The notes: a model not told the origin generated them from the sequence alone. 64,000 nucleotides of DNA from Eukaryota sp. TZLM1-RC (GCA_040285825.1 JAUPSS010000001.1:2232001-2296000), one strand, 5' to 3'. Counted from the stretch's first letter, positions 37,801-51,979 are shown. A program made the numbers and translations.

Positions 37801-40800
37801 CAACAATTTGGTTATTCAAGAATCATTACCCAAGGTTTGTGATTCCAATGTCGTTTTAGATCATTCTATATTTACTTTGGGTACTGTGAATGGTACGTCT
37901 AATTGCCATATAGAATCAAGTAGTTTTGAGGTCACTGCCTCTTCTGAGACCGAGACTTATCTTTTGGGCTGTGACTCCACTTTTACCAATATTGATGAGC
38001 TGTCAATTGAGAGTGGTTCCCTTATACTTGGAATGAATCTTGATAATAGTGGTAGAGTCATTGTTGGCTCTGTTTTAGTTCTCACCCACTGTGATCACGT
38101 CATTGATTCTGATTTGATTGTTTTGGATGATGCTGAAGTTGTCATTGATTCACCAACTGAATTTTCTTCTAATTCCAACATTACTGGTGAGGGTACCATT
38201 ACACTTAATGATAATACTACTATTTCAGGCTTTATTGATTTCCATGGTTGTATCAATGTCCCTCTTGAAACCACTCTAACTCTTAAAGGTGCAGTTGTTG
38301 CTAATGTTTCCTTTTGCGAAGTTTATGGTAATGTTGTTATTGAATCTGGTGAATATTCTGAAGTTTGGTTTAACACTGTAAAAGACGGTAACGTCTTGTT
38401 TACAGCAGATTCTAAGTTGACCTTGGTGAACATGGTTGACATTAATGGTCTTGTTAACTTTGACTCTACCAGCATCGACTCTCTGAATGTCTACAACTTT
38501 ATTAACGGAACCTTTGTCTTTAATGAACCAAGTGTAGTCTCTGTCGACTGGTTTACCCAGCATGAAGGTACCACTCATGTTAATGGCCAAAAAGTGGTTT
38601 TCCAACATTCAAATGTTACTATTCTTGGTGGCGGTTTCATTGCTGATAATGGTTTTGAACCAAACAATGCTCATTTTACCGTCGAAAGTGAAGTTTTCAT
38701 CAACCAATTTTCTGACTCTTCTTCCCATTTTGAATCATTAATAATCAATTCTGGTGTGTTTGATGTAACTTATCCCTCCCAATTCTCCATCGAGACTGCT
38801 GAGCTTAACAATGGAACATTTGGTGGTTTTGATGTCATGGTAGAAGATTTTATTTGGAATAATGGCCTTATTCAAAATGATACTACTACAACTATAACCA
38901 ATTGGAATATTACTCATCTTGGTGAAAAAACTTTTGGTTCAAATACTTTGGTCAAGCTTTCCAACAATGGTAATTGGAATAATGGATTTGTTTATGGTGA
39001 TGATGGTTCTTTACTCAAAGTTGAAAATGATTCTATTATGAGCTTCACTGGAACCAATGGGTGGTATACAAGCAATAATATTACTATCAATTCACTTATT
39101 AAATCTAATGGTACTCTTGAATTCTCCACTACGGAATCTATTGTTATGGAGTGGGATATTTTAAGTGAATTAATTATTGGCCAAGATGGTGATGTTTATT
39201 TCCAAGATTCTGTTGTTGAAACTACTGAGTTAACTATTAAAGATGGAACCACGGTCTACTTGAGAAATCAATTCAACGTTTCCAACACTGTCTCTGGAGA
39301 TGGTGATGTTGTTATAGATGATCCAAGTTCTTTAGTTGCTTTTGAAGGTCTTGTAAACACAACTGGTGATCTTCATATGAAGGATGGTTTGTTAGATTTA
39401 CGTAGGTCTAATATTGTTAATGTTAGTATTAATTACACTGGTGGTATAATTTTATTTAGAGAAGATATTCACGGAGATGATATTAATCTGCCTGAAGTAA
39501 GGTCTGATTTGGTAATTAAAGAAACTGAAGCTAAATCAGTTCGAATTGGTAAATGTTATGCTAAAATAACCTTTACTGATGTCACTGTTCACAAATTATT
39601 AGTTGAAGAAATGCATACAGGATGTCATTTAGTTTTTGATGAAGATTCTTTTATCGGAAAGTCTGTATTTCAGAATATGTTTGATGGCCAAATTGATTTT
39701 AATGATGGTTCAGATGTCAAGGTTGATTATCTACAAGTTCATGATGGTGCAGTTTCTATCAATGATGATTCTTCTCCTTCTTTTGTTTATTCTCAGTTAA
39801 TTATCAATGGTGGAAAGGTAACACTTGACTCTGGTTCTTCTACCAAGTTCTTTGACTTTAACACAACCATGAATGGTGGAGAATTAGTTATCGAAGAAGG
39901 TGGTACTAAAAACTGTTCTCAATGGAATTCCCTTGTGCTTTCCAGAACTGGCCACGTAAAAATTAAAGAAGATTGTGAAGCATTGGCAAAATATCTAGAA
40001 ATGAACGATGAATCAAGACTTTCCTCCTCTAAAGATTTCGTTGCTAATCATTATTTATTTAATGGTGGATTTGTTGGAGAGTCTACTCATATTAAAGCAA
40101 TTGATTTGTTCCAAGGATTCAGCTCGCAAACCAAAACATTTGATAGTAATTCAGAGTTAACAATCCTTGACAGTGGTATATTTGCTCATTTAAGTAATGA
40201 TGAAAGTTCCTCTGTTTTAATTACCTTTGATAAATCTTCTAGTCTTAACATTCCTGAAAGTTCTCAACTTCAGATTGTTTCAGATAAGGACAAAACAATC
40301 ACTTTTTCTACTGTTAACTCTGATATTTGGTCAGGAATTGTCAATTTGGGAGTCCTAAATGTGTCAACTATTGGTAATACCATCTTTGAAGCTGATTTGG
40401 ATAGTCTCGAGGATTCTGAGTTGGTTTTTAATGAAAACTCGCTATTTGAACTCAATGGAAATACTATTGTTGAAGATTCTGGAATTTTGCATAAAAACGC
40501 TAATGTCACAATTAGGGGAGACTTTGTCCAAGAAAAGTCTAGCGTTTTTACTATCATTCATGGTAAAGTTATATCCAGTGGATCTGTAGTGTTTAATGGT
40601 AAAGCTGATTGCCACCTGGAATCAGGTTGCTTTGTTGTAGATCAGGGTAATTTGACATTCTCTGGTTCCTTTGAGAGTTTAGACTATATCTTTGTTCAAG
40701 TATTGAGTGGTAATGCTTTGATGTATGGTAAACTGAATACAACTAAATTTGATGTTTCTGGAGGCTCTCTTGTTGCTACTCATGATTCCACCACTCAACA

Positions 40801-43800
40801 ATTATTTGGAAAGGTTTCTGATGGTTTGGTTGAGTTTATTGAGAATTGTAAGGTTTCTTCTATTTCAAATCTCACTCAGTCTGGTGGTACAGTAATTTCA
40901 AATTCAAATGGTTTAATAGACTTTACCGACACTTCAATTAATGTATCTGATGGTAGATTGGAATTTTTGAAGAATTCTCTTATCAAGAACACTGTGGCTG
41001 ACATCAGTGGAGGTATTGTTTATATCGATGCTTTTAATAATGATCATGTCCGCTTTGTTTATATCGATGCTTTCAATAATGATCATGTCCGCTTTTCTTT
41101 TATTCAACTATCTGGGGGTGTTCTGGAACTTGAACACAATGAAGATGTACTAATTGATAATTTACTTTTGAATGGTGGAATGCGTAATGGAAGCTCTCCA
41201 CTTATTATTCAAGAACAATTCATTTGGGAGTTTGGTTCTTTGGAATCCAACTCTAAAACAATAAGTAAATTGAAAACAATTTTCAAAACTGATGCCGAAA
41301 AAGTTGTAGGTGCACATCATGAATTACAATTAAATACAATGTCTACCTTTGAAGCTGGAGAACTCCAATTATTCAATCAATCACGCCTAATCAATCAAAA
41401 TGATGCTGTGTTCAATATCACTGGTGAGGGCAAAATCCTTGATAACTCTGGTTTCACTGATGCTCAATTCATTAATAAAGAAGCTGCACTAATATCAAAG
41501 GAAAATTGTAATGTGTTCTACATTGGTGTTTCACTATTGAATTATGGAGCAATTGAATTACGTGAAGAAGACTCCTGTACCCAAGCAAGTACATTAACCA
41601 TTTCTGGAACTTCTTGGTCAGTCGGTTCAATTAACGTTTTACCATATACCAAACTAGAAATTGCAGGTGTATTTTACCTTAATGATACAGAAGAGTCAAC
41701 AACTATTGGAAATGGTTCTATTCATTTAACTGAAGGTAATTCTCACTTATTTGTGTCTAATAATTTCGGTTTTAATGGGCAAATAGTTTTGCAAAGTGAT
41801 TATTCTATTTTAGATTTATTACCAGAATCTACTTTGTCCAACTTGAATGTTTCAATCACTGCCAATGCAACTACCAACTTATTCACAAAATTACCTGGTC
41901 TTGAATTACATATGAGTGATGGATTCTTTTCATCTCATGCCTCTTCTTCTATCAAATCAGTCAGTACTCTCAACCTTGAAGGTGGTGTTGTTGATTTCCT
42001 GGCTGATTCTGATGTAGTTTTTGATGATTCCATTTGGTCTATTAATAATGGTTCAGTGTTTATCAATGATAATAGTAGAGTTATAATTAATAATGTAGAA
42101 GCTTATTTGAACGGAGGATTGGTTTTATTTAGAGAAACAATGATTTTCGAAGTGTATCACTTTGATACTCTTTCTATTTGCGGAGGTGTTCTTGAATTAA
42201 ATAACAACAACTCTATTACTACTGAAACATTTAATCTTTGTGGCGGTACTAGATCTGGCGATGGTAATTTGAATGTCACTCAATACTTTTCGTGGACTGC
42301 TGGAACTCTCACTGATCCTGGAACCACTACTTTATTGGCAACGTCGTTATTTACAGAAGATAGACCTAAAGTTTTGGAAAATGGTCACTCCTTAATTAAT
42401 TATGATGAAATGACTATAGATAATACCTTTGTGGACTTGGTTAATGGTTCTCAATTGATTAACAGAGAATCTGGTATTGTTTTCTTTAATAATTCAGCTG
42501 GTTTTATTGGTGAAATTAACACAGAATTAGACCCCTCTATCATTAACCATGGTAGGTTCTTAGTTCTAGAAGAAAGTAGTTGCACAATATTCTCTGACTT
42601 ATTCAACTATGGTGACGTTTCCGTATTGGATGATTCCATAATTGATATCGGTGGTATTAATTCATTTTCTATTGGTTTAATTAATGTTTCCTATTCATCA
42701 ACCATCAAAATTCATGGTACTTTTGATCTTGGTTCTGAAGGAACTTTCTATGGTGGTGGTACTTTACATATTTATTCTCCATTTGGTTTTGTTTCAATAT
42801 TTACAAAGTTTGATCACATTAATAATATTATTGTTTCTGATTCAGCTCGTCTCACTCTGTCCAAGGAAGGAACTTGTTATCTTTATCCCTCAACTGTATT
42901 AGTTTCTAATGCCAGCCTTTATATCGAACATTGTACCGTTGATGATTTGAAACTAACTGTTAATGATAATGGATTTGTCCTTGTCAATGGTACTGCTGAA
43001 ATTACCGGGTTTGAACTTGATTTAGAATCTGGTTTTGTTGGAGTTGCTGATTCAGCCTCAATTATCGTTACTCATTCAAATTGGACATTGGGACCAAGTA
43101 TTTCTGTTTTAGAATTTTCTGATTCATCTCTTGTTGGTGATTTATATTCCTTAGAATTATATGATAATTCTTCAATTTCTATATCTGACCACATTTTATC
43201 TAATTTCTCAGTCATTAATCTAGTATTGAACGGCGGTATCTTTAATTATTCTGATTCTTACTATGATTTAATAGTCAACAACCTTGCTTCCTTTAATGGT
43301 AATCGTACAGGAAGTGGAAATCTTTATTTTGATACCGGAATTTTAATTCACAATTCTTCATTTACTGGAACTGGTTATTCTGAATTCGCTAATAGTTCAT
43401 CTTGTTCGTTCAATGATGGTTCGTTTGTCTTGAATCAACACTTGTTATCTCTTCATTGTAGTGGTAGTGCTGAGAAAACGGTATTTGAAATAATTGATGC
43501 AGATTTACTACAATTTGATCAAAGTACTCTATCCCTTTCTGATACAAAGATTATTGGAAGCAATTCTCGATTTGAATCTTTTGGAAATTTAACAATTTTG
43601 AATGATGTTGAATCATTTATTGAATCTATTATTGCAAATATTTTGCTTGTGAATACCAACAGTACTCTTGCTTTTGGTGATTACGCAAGCCTTGATTTAG
43701 CCTCTGTTTCAACTCTTTACGGTTCTATTGGTACATCAGAATCTGGTTATTTAGAACTCTTTGGCGATGTAGAATGTTGGTCAGATCAATGTTTCATTAA

Positions 43801-46800
43801 TTATGGTAATACAATATTCACCAATACTAGTATTAATTCCAATGTTTCAATCACTTCTTTTGATGGAACTTCCCTACTTTCTCCTAAAAGTACCTTTGAT
43901 GGCTCTACCAGTGTAAGTTCTTTTGGTGGATTGGTTACGATTGATACCGATATCAGTCACTTATCTATTAATAATGTGTTTGGTGGGGATGTGGTCTTGC
44001 TATCAAGTGTCAATGAAATAGATTTATTATCAATTTATGGTGGTTTAGTCTTATTCAATAATGGTTCAACTGTTTACTCAATTGCTAGCATTTTCCAGAT
44101 TTCTGGTAATTCTACCGTTATTGTTGAGTCTGGCTCCACATTGTCCATCAATCAAGTTTGTGTAGAAGTCTATGGAGGTCAATTCATTATTGAGCGTGAC
44201 TCAACTGTCTATTGTGGTTCTCCCAACAATTGTTTCTTTAATCAATTGGGAGGTCATATTCTGTCAAATAAGGATTTGGAAATCAATATTTTGGAACTTT
44301 CAGGAGGTACTTTTGAATCCAATGTTAGTGTTGATTCTGTGTTTACTCTACTTGGTGGATATGTTAATAATTCAATTGTTGAAATTAATTCTGCCTCTTC
44401 TTGTGATTCTTCTGTAATTTCCAACACTGAGTTATACATTCATCAGTCATTTATTACTAAATGTGATTCCACTATTGATTTACTATCTTCTCAATTGGTT
44501 TTCCTTGATAATGCATTAGTACAAGGTACCAACACTCTATTAGTCAATGATTTGGACGATTCATTTATTGAATTTAAGTCAGAATTTTCAGTTAATTCCA
44601 CTGATACTTTTGTTTTTAACTCACCAACTTATTTACCATTCGGAGTCAGTACATCTGGCAACCTTACCATTTCTGACCCTATTTTAACTGGAGTTTTTGC
44701 AATACTCGAACCAGGGGTATTCCAGACTAATTTACTCAATGTTTCTGCTGATTCTAGTTTTAATACTATTGGTAATACACATTCTAAAGGTGATATAACT
44801 ATCTATGGTTCAATGGAGACCCTTGGACATCATGCTCATAGTGGTGAATTAACATTTACTGAGAATTCATTTGTTTACGTTGCTATAAGAAATCAGGATG
44901 ATTATGATTCATTTAGCTCAAGTATGGTTAATTATTCAGGAACTCTATTTATCAACTTTAACGCCAATATTGCATTAGAAAGGGGTATTCAATTTAATTT
45001 TGTCAATCATGATGCTTATTCCGGTAAATTCGCCAAAATCAGTGGTAATTGCATGTTTAACTTTGGATTTAATTATACTGAAAGTAATTTAATTGGTTAT
45101 GTAGGACGCAAAATCGATCCTGATTATGATGCTGAAATCCATGTTGCTTCTTGGGGTTATGATTCTATTTGTTGTGGAACTCTACAGGCCCCTTGTAAAT
45201 CCCTTAAAACTGCATTGTCTAGAGCACTTGAGCGGGACGTCATCATCTTTTTGGATGGAGTTTATGATGATTATGCACCCTTAACTGTTGAAAATAGCAA
45301 TATTGCTTTAATTAATGGTACTGGAAACGTCATTGATTGTAATTTCAAAAGTAGATATGGTCTTGAAATCAAGGGCGAATCTAATATTTCAATTATAGGA
45401 TTTACATTTAAAAATTGCGAAACTGCTATCAAAATTACCAAATCAAAAACCTTTATTTCCGACTTTAATACCATTTCTTCTATTGATTCGCTATCTCCAC
45501 GTGTTTTAGAATCTGTTAAAAGTCAAGTTGTTTTCGATGATGTTGAATTTGCTGGCTTAAATGGCACTTTATTTAGTTTGTGTCTGGGTTCTGAAATGTC
45601 CCTCAAGTCAATTATATTAAAAGGAATCATTGGTCATGTTTTCAGCTTGGAATCTTCTGAACTTTCTATTAATGACTTCAATATTGCTTCTTCAAAAGGT
45701 TCGATTTTCAATTCCGCATCTAGTTCAATTTTTGTTGACAATATAATGATCACCAAAACTACAGCATCATCTGTTCTTGATGTCAGTTTGATTAGCAGTT
45801 TTTTTGATAGACATCGTGCTGAATTTCCTAAATTGAATGACAATTTATTTAGCCTTTCTTCACATTCCAAGGGTGTGTTTAAAATAGTGAAATTAGAAGG
45901 AATCATTGGTCATGTTTTCAGCTTGGAATCTTCTGAACTTTCTATTAATGACTTCAATATTGCTTCATCAAAAGGTTCGATTTTCAATTCCGCATCTAGT
46001 TCAGTTTTTGTTGACAATATAATGATCACCAAAACTACAGCATCATCTGTTCTTGATGTCAGTTTGATTAGCAGTTTTTTTGATAGACATCGTGCTGAAT
46101 TTCCTAAATTGAATGACAATTTATTTAGTCTTTCTCTACATTCTAAAGCTGCATTTAAATCAATTCAATTAGAAGAAGTTATTGGTGATGCCTTCAGCTT
46201 GGAATCTTCTCAACTTTCTATTAATGACTTCAATATTAGTTCTTTAAAGGGTTCAATTTTCAATTCAGTTTCTAGCTCAATTGATATCAATAACACTATT
46301 GTCTCTGAATCTTCAGTCTTATCCCCATTGGTTGATTCAGTTCATGATTCAATCAAATTTGATAGTTTTATTGGTTCTTACATTACGTCAAATTATCCAC
46401 TGTTTTTAATTAAACATTCTTCTCTTGAAACCAAAATTGTTGATTTATCATCAATTACTAGTTCTTTACCATTTGTTTCTTCCTTTAAATCTTCATTTAA
46501 ACTGACAGATTCTTCATTTAAGGACCTCTCGATGCCTTTATTTAATGGATATTACTCAATTATTAGAGTTGATTCTTGTAATGTCACTGGATTATCAGTT
46601 GAAAATATAATTACTACAAATCATTGTGAAATTGAAGTGGACAATGTTTTGCTTGAGGGAACAAGAACGTTTATTAAATCAACAAATCATGGGTCCGTTA
46701 GTGTTTCTGATTCCAATTTCGTTGACGGACAAAGTTCAGCAATTATTACAATGTCTACTGATTATGTCTTTATTAAGAATTCTAATTTTCATAAATACAA

Positions 46801-49033
46801 AACTACTGAAGCTGGTGGTGCTGTGAGAGTGAAGGGTCTGAATTCTGAACTTTCAATCCACAATTCATCCTTTAATGAATGTACAGCTGATTTATTTGGT
46901 GGTGCAATTTCTGCTGAAGTTGGTTATCTAGAAATAGATACTTCCAAGTTTGGTAAAAACATAGCCGTCACCAATGGTGGTGCTCTCTTTATGGATTCTG
47001 TTGATTCCAACTCCAAAATTTCAAATAGTCAATTCATGGAAAACTTCGGAAGTGTTGGTGGAGCTGTTTTTGTTAATTCATCAAATATTCCTCAGTTAGG
47101 GTCTTCTCAATTTACTAATAATAAGGCAAGCCTCTATGGCCAGCACTATGCAACTAATGCCCACCAAATCGTGGCTCGAGAAGTTGACTTTACTACTGTG
47201 GCTGTTGCTGTTGTTGATGCTTTTAATAACACTGTAAACTCTACCGTGTCAAGAACCATTTACTTTAGTCCTACCACCTCTACTGTTGGTTTTACGGGTC
47301 TCACTAAAACTGAGTTAGTCAGGGGTCAAGCTTTAGTATCTGAGGTTTCCGTGATTGGTGCTCCTCAAGTCTACCAAGTTGTTGCCTTTTCCTCTGGTTT
47401 GTTACCTGCCACGTTTACTTTTGAAGGAGGTTATTGTTCTCCTGGCTTTGTGGGTGATCCTAAGACCAATGGATGTCTCGAATGCCCTGCAGGCACAAGA
47501 TATGTTGACAATCATTGTGAAGACTGTTCTTTGGGTAGTTGGTCCTATGCATCAGCTTCCTTATCTTGTTCTCCTTGTCCTCCAGGAACACAGAGAGATG
47601 TAAATGATCAAGGATGTACTGCTTGTGACTATCGTTCAGTTGCCCCAGAAATGGGAACCGAAAGTTGTACTCCGTGTCCTCCACGAATGGGTGCTAATCA
47701 GCATTTAACTGAATGTGTTTGCATTGGAAATTTGTTCAAAGTCGATGGCGATTGTATTCAATGTCCACCAGGCCTCTTTTGTGAGGCATTTAACGAATAC
47801 TGTGTGATGGATGGGTTTTTCCAAGCAAATGATGGCACTGTCTATCCTTGTAAAAAGGATGGTTGTGTGGGTAATTGCACATCTGATGCGTCTTGTTTAG
47901 ACGGCTTTACGGGACCATTATGCTCTCATTGTGAAGAAGGTCATTATCCCTCTGGTAATTTGTGTTTGGAATGTCCTAATGTTTTCTTTATTTTACTTGG
48001 TATTCTTGTTCAAGTAGGAATGTATGCATCCATTGTTCCTTTGATCAAATTGGATTCTCAGACCAATTACTCTTCACTCAGATATTACCTTCCATTGGTG
48101 AGGTTCCTCCAATCTCTCTGTGCTATTAGAATCATTACTGCTATTGATTTACCTGCAGGAATTCATCGATTATTTGACCTTTTGGACTCCATCCTTATTA
48201 GACCTTGGGGATCTCCTATTCATACTTGCACAGGATTACCGGCTGGATTTACGTCACTTTATTGGACATCAGCATTGTTGCTACCAACCATCCTCGTTGT
48301 TGGCTATGTTAGAAGGAAAGTTCCATTATCAATGATTATCTACCAATTGTTCTTTGCAGTGCCAGCTCACAATTTGTTGGCAGTTTTTTCATGTAGAGGT
48401 GACTCTGATTCTTTATCTTACTTCTCTGAACATTATTCAGAAATTCAATGCTTTACTGTTTCGTGGTGGTTGTCTGCCATTTTTTCTGGTCTTTATCTAC
48501 TCGCTTTTATTAGTTCTGCAATTTTTTTTATAGTTTCTGGAACAAAACACCCCTTCACTGCAACCTATGCTTCTAAACATTATACTGATGAAGCAGTCTA
48601 TCAATTACTCCTAATTATAATTACTGGTGTTTTATTCATGTTTGAATCGTTTGGTGTATCTGTACAATGTGCAATTGGTTTCATTATTTGTCTTGGTGCC
48701 TTGGCATTTAATTCAAAACGTAGGTCCTATGTTCATCCCAAGGCACATTCACTTCAATGTATTTATTTATTAGTGGAGGGAATATTGTTTATGTTGATGT
48801 TTGTCCGGGGTATTGATTTTGCCAACACTTCATTTGTGTTTTTTGACATTGTTTTAATATTGACCGGATTGTTGATTCTTTTTGCAATTTACGGTAGTTT
48901 GTCTTCTTTTGTCTGGGGAACTGTAGAGAAAGGCAAGTATAAGAAAGGTAGAAATTTTGCTACCAATATTCTTCAGAATCCGTTTGTACATTTGGGCCCT
49001 TGTGGAGAAAGTGATCATTTAGATGTGAGGTAG
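22836..49033 (+). CDS. Giant ~8,723-aa cell-surface protein; join(22836..22887,22914..49033): signal peptide, long beta-solenoid repeats, pectin-lyase/Pmp-like repeats, Cys-rich repeats, multi-TM C-terminus
   Basis: 26.1-kb stop-free frame; spliced N-terminus MQYLAIIFLICLLAHGK; W..P.CW..GVP..DDEV; recurring G.D...V...F.W.GG motif; GYDS..CG...PCKSL..AL; GGA(V/I/L)/FxxN repeats; CPAG/CPPG repeats; hydrophobic C-terminal helices. Confidence 0.9.
22888..22913 (+). other. 26-nt spliceosomal intron GTATGT...TAG
   Basis: Removal joins an ATG-initiated signal peptide in frame to the giant ORF (T^TG ACA CTT TAC). Confidence 0.75.
41018..41095 (+). repeat. In-frame 39-bp tandem duplication (VYIDAFNNDHVRF x2)
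   Basis: Two adjacent copies differing at one synonymous position. Confidence 0.95.
45621..46280 (+). repeat. In-frame 276-bp (92-aa) tandem repeat, ~2.4 copies
   Basis: Units start at 45621, 45897 and 46173; first two near-identical (GIIGHVFSLESSELSINDFN...). Confidence 0.95.
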
Positions 49034-49259
49034 ATTGTATTTCTCTATAAAATTTGTATGTATATCGAATATGTTTTTCTTCAGCCTTTTCAATTTTTAA
49101 TACTTTGATATGATTCAATATAGAAACAAATATTCACCATTTGATTGGAATAAAAAGTCAAATGTTTGCTAAAAATTCATATATTTTAATTTTTAGGCTA
49201 ATTATCAGTTTTTCCATCTCATTTTCTATTTTTTGAAGTTTAGTAATTTTTCGAAAACA

Positions 49260-49725
49260 AACAACCAAATAAACATAAAACTAAAACTCAATATCCGCAA
49301 TATACACATTAACATTATCAAATGCGCGATTTTTTGAATGCGCGATTTTCATACTTAATCCCTAATTGCAAACAGTACTTTTGTCATCATAACTGAAATG
49401 GCTTTGAGATACTAAGAACAATTCCATATTACCATAAGATAAAGCTCAGTTCTATTCCTGCTCTCACATTAATGATAAAATCATTCCCATCAGAATACCA
49501 ATGTGGACAAAACTGTAAAAGCAACCAGTTGGAAATTTACGCCCTCAACTCGTTCAAGTTGAGATAAGGGTTTCTTGTTGCTTTTCTTAAAATTTCATAA
49601 TTCATTGCTCTCTATCAGCAAAATTCACAGATGATTTGTTGCAAACGTCAACAGTGACAACATCAATGACTTGAATTACACCATCAGAACCAGGTCTTAT
49701 TATGTAAGTCCGACGTTTCCCAAAT
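49260..49725 (-). mobile_element. Decayed 3' fragment of RLE non-LTR element (family C-related)
   Basis: GKRR..IRPGSDGVIQVIDVVTVDVC; 3' end similar to 63290-63400 and 21150-21225. Confidence 0.8.
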
Positions 49726-50094
49726 CATCTACACTTTCAGGTCACAACTCACGCCCAAATCCCGGTGGCTGATCGACGTGGCAAAAAGTTAACAGGATAC
49801 TGGTCAATCAAAACAAATATATCTTGATAAGAAGCGATTTTTAACAATCAATGTCAAATATTAAGCTTGCAACACGGATAGTTTTTATCATGAAAGAGCA
49901 AAATATTAGAAATTAATATTGCTCATTAAAATAAACGTGCTGAAAAACAAAAACTATCAAAAAAGACCTCCATTCAGAATGTTGTGTCTCACATTAAATA
50001 AAATCAATAACAATTGTCGAAGACCTCCCTTCCCGCGAAGACCTTGATCAGCCCATTAATATCTCTTCTGACTCATCTGACGATGAATCTCTGA

Positions 50095-51319
50095 ATTCTA
50101 TTCGCCGTCCATTCGAGAGTTTACATTGTGACTCAATCGGTCTACTCTCAGCTGATACTTGTGGTTACAAGTATAAAGTTTACTTTGTTGATGCCTTCTC
50201 GAAGTTTAGCATCCTGGTACCCTCCAAGGACCTCAAAGCCACCATCGTTGTTAACGCTCTGATCTCTTTTGTTTACTCAGTCTTTGGCGCCCCGCGCCGC
50301 ATCCATTCTCATAACGGTCCTGAATTCGCCAATAAGATATTCAGTCTACTCTGTCAATTTCTGAATATAGAACATACCCAATTCTTGCCCCATTACCAGC
50401 AATCCAATGGATTAGTAGAACGCCAACAACGAAGTTTTCTTCAAGTCATACGCCGGATGTTGCTCGACGTCTCTGATTAGCACAACTAATCTGACTACGT
50501 CCCCCTCTGACAGATGGTATTGAACTCGCAAGAAAGGAAAGCCTTGACTGCCTCTCCTTATAGCCTAATTTTTGGTTCTGATACCTCTCCTCGTCTTTTG
50601 CCCAACCAACTGCTGACCTCCCTTACTTCCCATCCACTACCTGCTGACAAGCCTGAATTCATTGAACACCTGCAAAATCTGACAGAGAAGCTCATCTCTT
50701 CTTGGGAAGCCGTAAGCCAACCTCCAATCAATCTCCTGTTGATATGCCCGAGCTCGCTTATCGTCCTCAAGTCGACGATCGTGTTTTTGTTCTGCGCGAG
50801 AAGCCAGACAAACTCCACGGCCACTTTGTAGGCCCTTACATCGTCCTCAAGATACTCTCACCTAGCTCTCCCCTTGTCCTGAACCCCGTCACCGGATTCT
50901 CCCCCAAGACCGCTATTTACTTGGTGAAGCCCTACCCATCTTTCTTGCCTTTGGAAATATTGAACGCTTATGTAGCCGCTGATTCAGGAGAACTTATCCT
51001 TGACGCAATCATAGACGTCTCTGGTGACTCAGTTACCGTCCTCTGGTCCGATGGTACCACGACCATTCAGTCAACCGACTCGATTAGAAACACTGCCGCG
51101 TATTCGAAGTACATTAAGCTATCCGCCGATCCGCCTAAATCCCACTGAAAAAGAAAAAGAAGGCAGTGTTAGTAGTGGCTACACGTGACCTTTCATTTGA
51201 GGAAGGTGGATCACGTCATCGTGGATTCAAATTGTAGTTTATTTTTATTTTTCTTTGATTTCTTATATTCTGTCCATAAACTTCTGTTTTTGTTTATGTT
51301 TAGTGCACGAAAAGCAACA
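50095..51319 (+). mobile_element. 3' part of Ty3/gypsy element: decayed integrase, C-terminal chromodomain-like region, PPT and 3' LTR
   Basis: RRPFESLHCDSIG..VDAFSK..IHSHNGPEF..QSNGLVER integrase core with stops; GPY motif; purine tract 51147-51166. Confidence 0.85.
51167..51319 (+). repeat. Putative 153-bp 3' LTR
   Basis: Starts TGTT immediately after the PPT and ends AACA; no second copy in the window. Confidence 0.65.
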
Positions 51320-51823
51320 TAATTAGATAGAGTCGTACATGTGAAAGATCAGTTTGTGCTGTTTGCAATTTCTCTTTTTGGCATTAGTGAACTTTGAACA
51401 TTACAGATGTTCTTGTCATCTAAATAGATCTCGTACAATTGAATTCCACTTTCTGGTTAAATAGAATTCTTTTTTACATTTTCAAGTCTATTCCAACAAT
51501 GTTATCTACAGCTCTTTTACCTAATGGTGTAGAATATCAACGAAATGGTGTAAGTAGGTTTAGTAATTGTGATGCTTGTTTGGAGGTTATTGATTAGACA
51601 AAATTTCAGTTTAATAAAAATACAGCTTATGAAAAACCAGATAGTAAATTAGAACATGTTCAACATTTGCACGCTTTCAACACAAATTTTCACATGTATA
51701 TCATCACCCTATGGTTCAGACAAATATTTTGTTCTCTATAAGAAATACCAAGTTTAATTATCGTCAAGGTTCCAATATAAACAATAGAAGGGGTAAGCTT
51801 GGTTAGTGTTTTATGATTGGTCG

Positions 51824-51902
51824 TGTTGGCGCCCTAAGGCTTATATAATATGAATAGAAAATAAATCAGACTTTTCTTTACTACAATAGACTTTAGGCAA
51901 CA
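51824..51902 (+). repeat. Putative short 5' LTR followed by the conserved ATAATTATTGGCC motif
   Basis: TGTTG...CAACA termini; junction 19/20 identical to the LTR/internal junction of the 57366-58465 element; 5' boundary uncertain. Confidence 0.55.
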
Positions 51903-51979
51903 ATAATTATTGGCCATTTTAAAGTCAAAAGGTATACCATAACTTCAGCATTAGCGAACATCTTCAGACACTTTACAGC

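Noticed and set aside
24409-48335. Dozens of 60-120-aa antisense and off-frame ORFs inside the giant gene
   Set aside because: Shadow ORFs caused by the T-ending codon bias of the long frame; no motifs.
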